Positions 60,265 through 64,000 of a DNA stretch of 64,000 bases are shown one piece after another. Origin of the DNA: an uncultured Acidobacteriota bacterium (GTDB taxonomy: Bacteria > Acidobacteriota > Thermoanaerobaculia > Multivoradales > JAHEKO01). The stretch spans positions 320,001 through 384,000 of the forward strand of contig CAVQNG010000025.1 of assembly GCA_963713825.1 (NCBI GenBank). The letters are read 5' to 3'. A program made the position numbers and the translations under genes. A model generated the notes under the pieces. It was not told the origin of the DNA. It made no database searches and saw nothing but the letters and a program-made list of their open reading frames with translations. Positions within the stretch are counted from its first letter, which is position 1; the number at the start of each line of letters is the position of its first letter.

Positions 60265-61532
60265 TGCGGTGGTACGACAAGACCCTCGGAATCGGACTTC
60301 TCCTGGGCCTGGCTCTGCAATCGCTGCCGGTGGCAGCTGATTTTCGCGATGACTACAAGCGGGGAATCGAGGCTCTAGAGCGCGGACAGTGGAGCCAGGC
60401 GGCCTCTCTCTTTCGCCAGGCCGCGGCCGAGAGACCGGACGAGAAGGCTCGTCTGTCCCGGTCTCCCTTCTCGAAGCGTTACTTGCCGCATTTCTACCTC
60501 GGAGAAGCGCTGCTCGAAACGGACGACTGCGAGGGTGCACTCACCGCCTGGGCGGAGTCGGAGAGACAGGGGGTCGTCACTCGTCTGCCCGAGTATCAGT
60601 CTCTGATCGATGGCCGGGATATCTGCCGGCGGCAAGCGGCAACGCGGTTCGACTCGCAGCGACGGGCCGAGGTAGAGATCTCCAATGCCGAGGCCGCGGC
60701 AAGACGAGTCGATCGACTGCAGACAGATCTGGGCCCGAACTGGCCGGGTGCGGCTTCGAGCTTGGGAGCCCAAGAGACCGACGCCGAGCAACGGTTGCGC
60801 GCAGCGCGAAGCCAGTTGACCGCAGCAGTAGCCTCTGAAGACCTCGACGGAATGCGTCAGTCCGCAGCCCTGGCCCGCGAGGCCAGGCAGTTGCTCGAGA
60901 CGGTAGAAAGGGAGGCCATCCAGCACCAGGCACAGCTCAGGCTTCAGCAGGGTGCTCTCATCGCAGAGGTGGGGAGGCTGACGGAGCAGGCTGAAACACA
61001 GGTGAGAGCGACCTCTCCGTTGAGACCCTACCCGCGAGAGTTGGGGCGGATTGTGGCAGAGGTTTCGGGACTGATCGAAGAGAGCCGGCAGGCCGGGCCG
61101 ACACAAGACCTGGACGACCTGAGTGACCTCCGGGCAGCGCTCGAAGATGCCATGGCCCGTCTGCAAGACGCTGCCGCACCGCCTCCTGCTGCGCTGGCTG
61201 AGGCGGCGGGACTATTCTTCGACGGCGACTATGAAGCAGCTTTGGAGCTGCTGGGCGGCCTCCAATCGGCGTCTCGCAAGGTCGCCCTCCAAGCACACAT
61301 CTTGCGAGCGGCGGCGAGCTTCACCCTCTATCAGCTGGGCGGCGGCGACGGTGCCGAGCTACTGGAGTCGGCGCAATCGGAGGTGGCGGCCTGTTTGGAG
61401 ATCGATGCGGCCAATCGACCACCTGCGGGCCCCTTCTCGCCCCGCTTCATCGAGTTCTTCGAGAGTCAGGCGGCTGCGAGCAACGATGAGACTACCGTTG
61501 CGGCAGGACCTGCCCCTGACGCCTCGGACTGA
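60261..61532 (+). CDS. Secreted TPR-like/coiled-coil protein
   Basis: Signal peptide; DYKRGIEAL, YLPHFYLG, FSPRFIEFF; ATGA overlap with the kinase gene. Confidence 0.75.
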   Translation: MMRWYDKTLGIGLLLGLALQSLPVAADFRDDYKRGIEALERGQWSQAASLFRQAAAERPDEKARLSRSPFSKRYLPHFYLGEALLETDDCEGALTAWAESERQGVVTRLPEYQSLIDGRDICRRQAATRFDSQRRAEVEISNAEAAARRVDRLQTDLGPNWPGAASSLGAQETDAEQRLRAARSQLTAAVASEDLDGMRQSAALAREARQLLETVEREAIQHQAQLRLQQGALIAEVGRLTEQAETQVRATSPLRPYPRELGRIVAEVSGLIEESRQAGPTQDLDDLSDLRAALEDAMARLQDAAAPPPAALAEAAGLFFDGDYEAALELLGGLQSASRKVALQAHILRAAASFTLYQLGGGDGAELLESAQSEVAACLEIDAANRPPAGPFSPRFIEFFESQAAASNDETTVAAGPAPDASD

Positions 61533-61545
61533 GTCGAAGCTCAGA

Positions 61546-62307
61546 ATGGCTGAACAGGACCGACAGATACTGGATCGCGCACTTGCCGGGACCGTGAGCC
61601 TGCCGCCGAAGGCAACCCGAGCTGGACGGCAGCCGCAGAGGCCTGGCTGGGTCCAGAATTGGATGCAACTGACTGGCCTGTTGGTGGCCCTCGTGAGCCT
61701 CGGATGTGCAGCGGCACCCCATCGGGTCGATTCGGACGCTGCCACCGGCTTCGTGCTCTATCGATCCGGGCAGCTGAGCAGGGCGGAGCTGGCGCGACTC
61801 TGCGACGAAGGAGTCGAAGAGCTCGTGGTGCTGGATGGTGGGGCCGTGGGTCGGGAGTGCGAGATGCTTCGAGAGAGCTGTTCCAATCTACGCGTGCGCT
61901 ACAACTTCGCCCAGAATGAAAAGCACCCGGTGAGCCAGGAGTTCCTGGCGGCCTTCGATCAGTGGATCGAAGAGGGTCAGGCTGAGGGACGCAAGCTCGC
62001 CTATCGCTGTCGGCGCGGTTGGCATCGCGCCGGCCGGTTGACGGCGTACTACCAGATGCGATTCATGGGAGCCGGTGCCGAGGAGGCGATCGACGAAATG
62101 CAGGCGAGGGGTCGTTTCATGGCGTGGTTCCCCCAGCTGAATCCCCAGGTAGAAGCCTTGGGCCAGTTGGTGGCGGGGGAGCCCTGCACCGGGGGCGTCG
62201 AGGTGTGCCCGCAGTCGGTCGATCCGATCAGCGCGGGTCTCGATCCAACCGGGACGTTCTCCTTGAATATCTGTGCTGGGCATTCTGACTCGGAGGTGGT
62301 GCGATGA
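61546..62307 (+). CDS. Protein-tyrosine/dual-specificity phosphatase-like lipoprotein
   Basis: SLGC lipobox; LYRSGQL; CRRGWHR (CX5R); AIDEM; alternative start 61663. Confidence 0.7.
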   Translation: MAEQDRQILDRALAGTVSLPPKATRAGRQPQRPGWVQNWMQLTGLLVALVSLGCAAAPHRVDSDAATGFVLYRSGQLSRAELARLCDEGVEELVVLDGGAVGRECEMLRESCSNLRVRYNFAQNEKHPVSQEFLAAFDQWIEEGQAEGRKLAYRCRRGWHRAGRLTAYYQMRFMGAGAEEAIDEMQARGRFMAWFPQLNPQVEALGQLVAGEPCTGGVEVCPQSVDPISAGLDPTGTFSLNICAGHSDSEVVR

Positions 62308-63020
62308 GCTCCGAATCCGCAGGCAGGCGTCGTCATCGTCGCTACGAAGTGGCCGGTCTGGGTGGACGACTGGTGGTACCCATGGAGGTTCGGGTCGTCA
62401 ATCTGAGTCTGGGTGGCATGGCACTCGAAACGAACGACTATCTCCAATTCGGACGCAGCTACAGTGTCAATCTCGACCACAATGGTCACCGGGTCACGCT
62501 TGTCGCCACGGTCGCCTGGTGCAAGCTGAGGCACACCAAGAAGAACTCCTCGGGTGACGTCGTGCCGGTATTTCGGGCCGGCCTGCGCTTTCAGGTGCTG
62601 AGTGGCGAGCGTTTACACGAGCTGTGGCAGATCATCAGGGACCATGCCGTGGTCGAGGTGGACGACAGTGTTTTCGGGCGCTTCGCACCGGAGCAGCCGC
62701 AAGTCGTCGAATTGGACAGCGACTACAAGTTCTCCGTTCGCAAGCTGAGCCTCTCGGGCATGCTCATCGAGACCGATTTCGTCCCTGAGCTGGAGGCGCG
62801 TCTGCCGCTGGAGGTACTACTCCCGGACAGCCCGATCGAAGCACTGGCGAGAGTCGCGAGCGTTCCCAATCTCGGGCGGCGGGCCAGAGGTGAGCCGACC
62901 CAGATCGGGGTGGAGTTCTGCGGCCTCGATTCGCAGCGTCGTTCGGAGTTGCGAGCCTACCTGGCCGGCTACCTGGACGAGGAGCCCACGGTTCCACCGC
63001 CTGCCGACCCCGAGCCCTAG
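62304..63020 (+). CDS. Tandem PilZ domain protein
   Basis: RRHRR + NLSLGG; second domain KLSLSG..IGVEF; ATGA overlap with the upstream gene. Confidence 0.85.
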   Translation: MSSESAGRRRHRRYEVAGLGGRLVVPMEVRVVNLSLGGMALETNDYLQFGRSYSVNLDHNGHRVTLVATVAWCKLRHTKKNSSGDVVPVFRAGLRFQVLSGERLHELWQIIRDHAVVEVDDSVFGRFAPEQPQVVELDSDYKFSVRKLSLSGMLIETDFVPELEARLPLEVLLPDSPIEALARVASVPNLGRRARGEPTQIGVEFCGLDSQRRSELRAYLAGYLDEEPTVPPPADPEP

Positions 63021-63095
63021 ATGCCTCTGGGCTCTGTGGCCGGTCGCGATCGTCTTGAAGGTACGGAGCCTCTACGATCGATCCTCCGCCGTTGC

Positions 63096-64000
63096 TCAGG
63101 TCTCCACGACACCCCGAGGTGACCAGGCGTCGAGCGCGCTAGCCAATCCTTCTTCTTCTTGCTGCCACCGATCGTGATCCCAACCCTTGGCCTCCTCGAA
63201 GAGGGGTCGAAGGTGTGTCGCCAACTCCATCGCGAGCGCCGGTGACCAGAGCCCGACGCGGACTCGGCGCAGCAGCAGATCCTCGAGGTGGAGGACGCCT
63301 CCGTAGGCGAGATGAGCGCGGACCTCGGCGGCCGTCAGATCGGTGCCATCCATCAGTGGAGCGAGATCACTGTCTTCGCGGGCTCCTCGAATCGCCCACC
63401 AGGCAGTGCTTCGCAGCCGTCTCGCCATGCCATCGGCGACGCGAGGATCGATGGCCTGGCCCAGCTGCTGCAGTCGGTTGGCGAGATCCGCCGGCGCCAG
63501 ACCGAGGAGGGGAGTCCCCGAGGTGTAGCAGGGCGCGGCGGCGGTGGCGATCTCTTCAGGCAGCAGCAGCAGGGCCTCGTCTACGGCCTCCTCGGCCATG
63601 GCCCGCCAGGTGGTGAGCTTGCCGCCGGCGATGGACAGGACACCTTCCTCTTCCCACAGCTCTTCCTCGCGACTGGCCTCCGACGGTTTGTCGGTGTGGG
63701 TTCCGAGGATCGGTCGCAAGCCGGCGAACGAGGCGACGATGTCTTCTTCTGAGAAGCTCTTCTCGGGGAAGTGCGATTGCAGTGTCTGCAACAGGTACTG
63801 GAGCTCAGCCCTGGTGACGCGGGGGTCGTCCAGGCCCCCGTCGTGGTAGATGTCAGTGGTCCCTACGAGGACGCCCTCTGGATGGGGGATCAGGAACACC
63901 GGTCGACCGTCTTCGGGTGACGGTACTGTCAGGGCCGCCTTCAAGGGCAGGCGGTCTGGCGAGAGGATGATGTGGGAGCCTCGTGAGGGACGAAGCCGTG
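63096..64000 (-). CDS. glpD: Glycerol-3-phosphate dehydrogenase/oxidase (C-terminal part; runs off window end)
   Basis: RPSRGSH, DGRPVF, VGTTD, FAGLRP, GGKLTTWR, DLLLRR. Confidence 0.9.
   Translation of the reverse strand, partial: RLRPSRGSHIILSPDRLPLKAALTVPSPEDGRPVFLIPHPEGVLVGTTDIYHDGGLDDPRVTRAELQYLLQTLQSHFPEKSFSEEDIVASFAGLRPILGTHTDKPSEASREEELWEEEGVLSIAGGKLTTWRAMAEEAVDEALLLLPEEIATAAAPCYTSGTPLLGLAPADLANRLQQLGQAIDPRVADGMARRLRSTAWWAIRGAREDSDLAPLMDGTDLTAAEVRAHLAYGGVLHLEDLLLRRVRVGLWSPALAMELATHLRPLFEEAKGWDHDRWQQEEEGLASALDAWSPRGVVET

Overview
GC-rich bacterial chromosomal segment with about 49 tightly packed CDS. I found no rRNA, tRNA, CRISPR array or mobile element. The Acidobacteria-type VWA/TPR pair, the ECF-antisigma-DUF4097 module and the 'F-x-D-x-FE-[ST]-G-D-x-S-x-W-S' surface-protein motif suggest Acidobacteriota, possibly Thermoanaerobaculia (inference). 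Housekeeping genes: thyA-folA, sahR-like regulator-ahcY, metK, speB, sdhA-C-D-B, sppA, lpxL-like, aspC, lhgO, glpD, MATE and an RND-MFP-RND pump. Most unusual features: (1) a secreted M20 peptidase fused to a CpcT/CpeT (T-type bilin lyase-like) domain; (2) the same short acidic/aromatic motif at the extreme C-terminus of one secreted protein and at the mature N-terminus of another; (3) an operon of membrane Ser/Thr pseudokinase, TPR-like protein, CX5R phosphatase-like lipoprotein and tandem PilZ protein; (4) a CoA-transferase-GNAT fusion with an altered catalytic site; (5) a BKACE-GNAT-methyltransferase operon divergent from a PaaK-like ligase; (6) a stand-alone ketosynthase with a large insertion; (7) a tetraheme cytochrome c3. 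A candidate SahR operator/promoter and an ECF autoregulatory promoter are visible. All calls come from motif recognition by eye; no searches were run.
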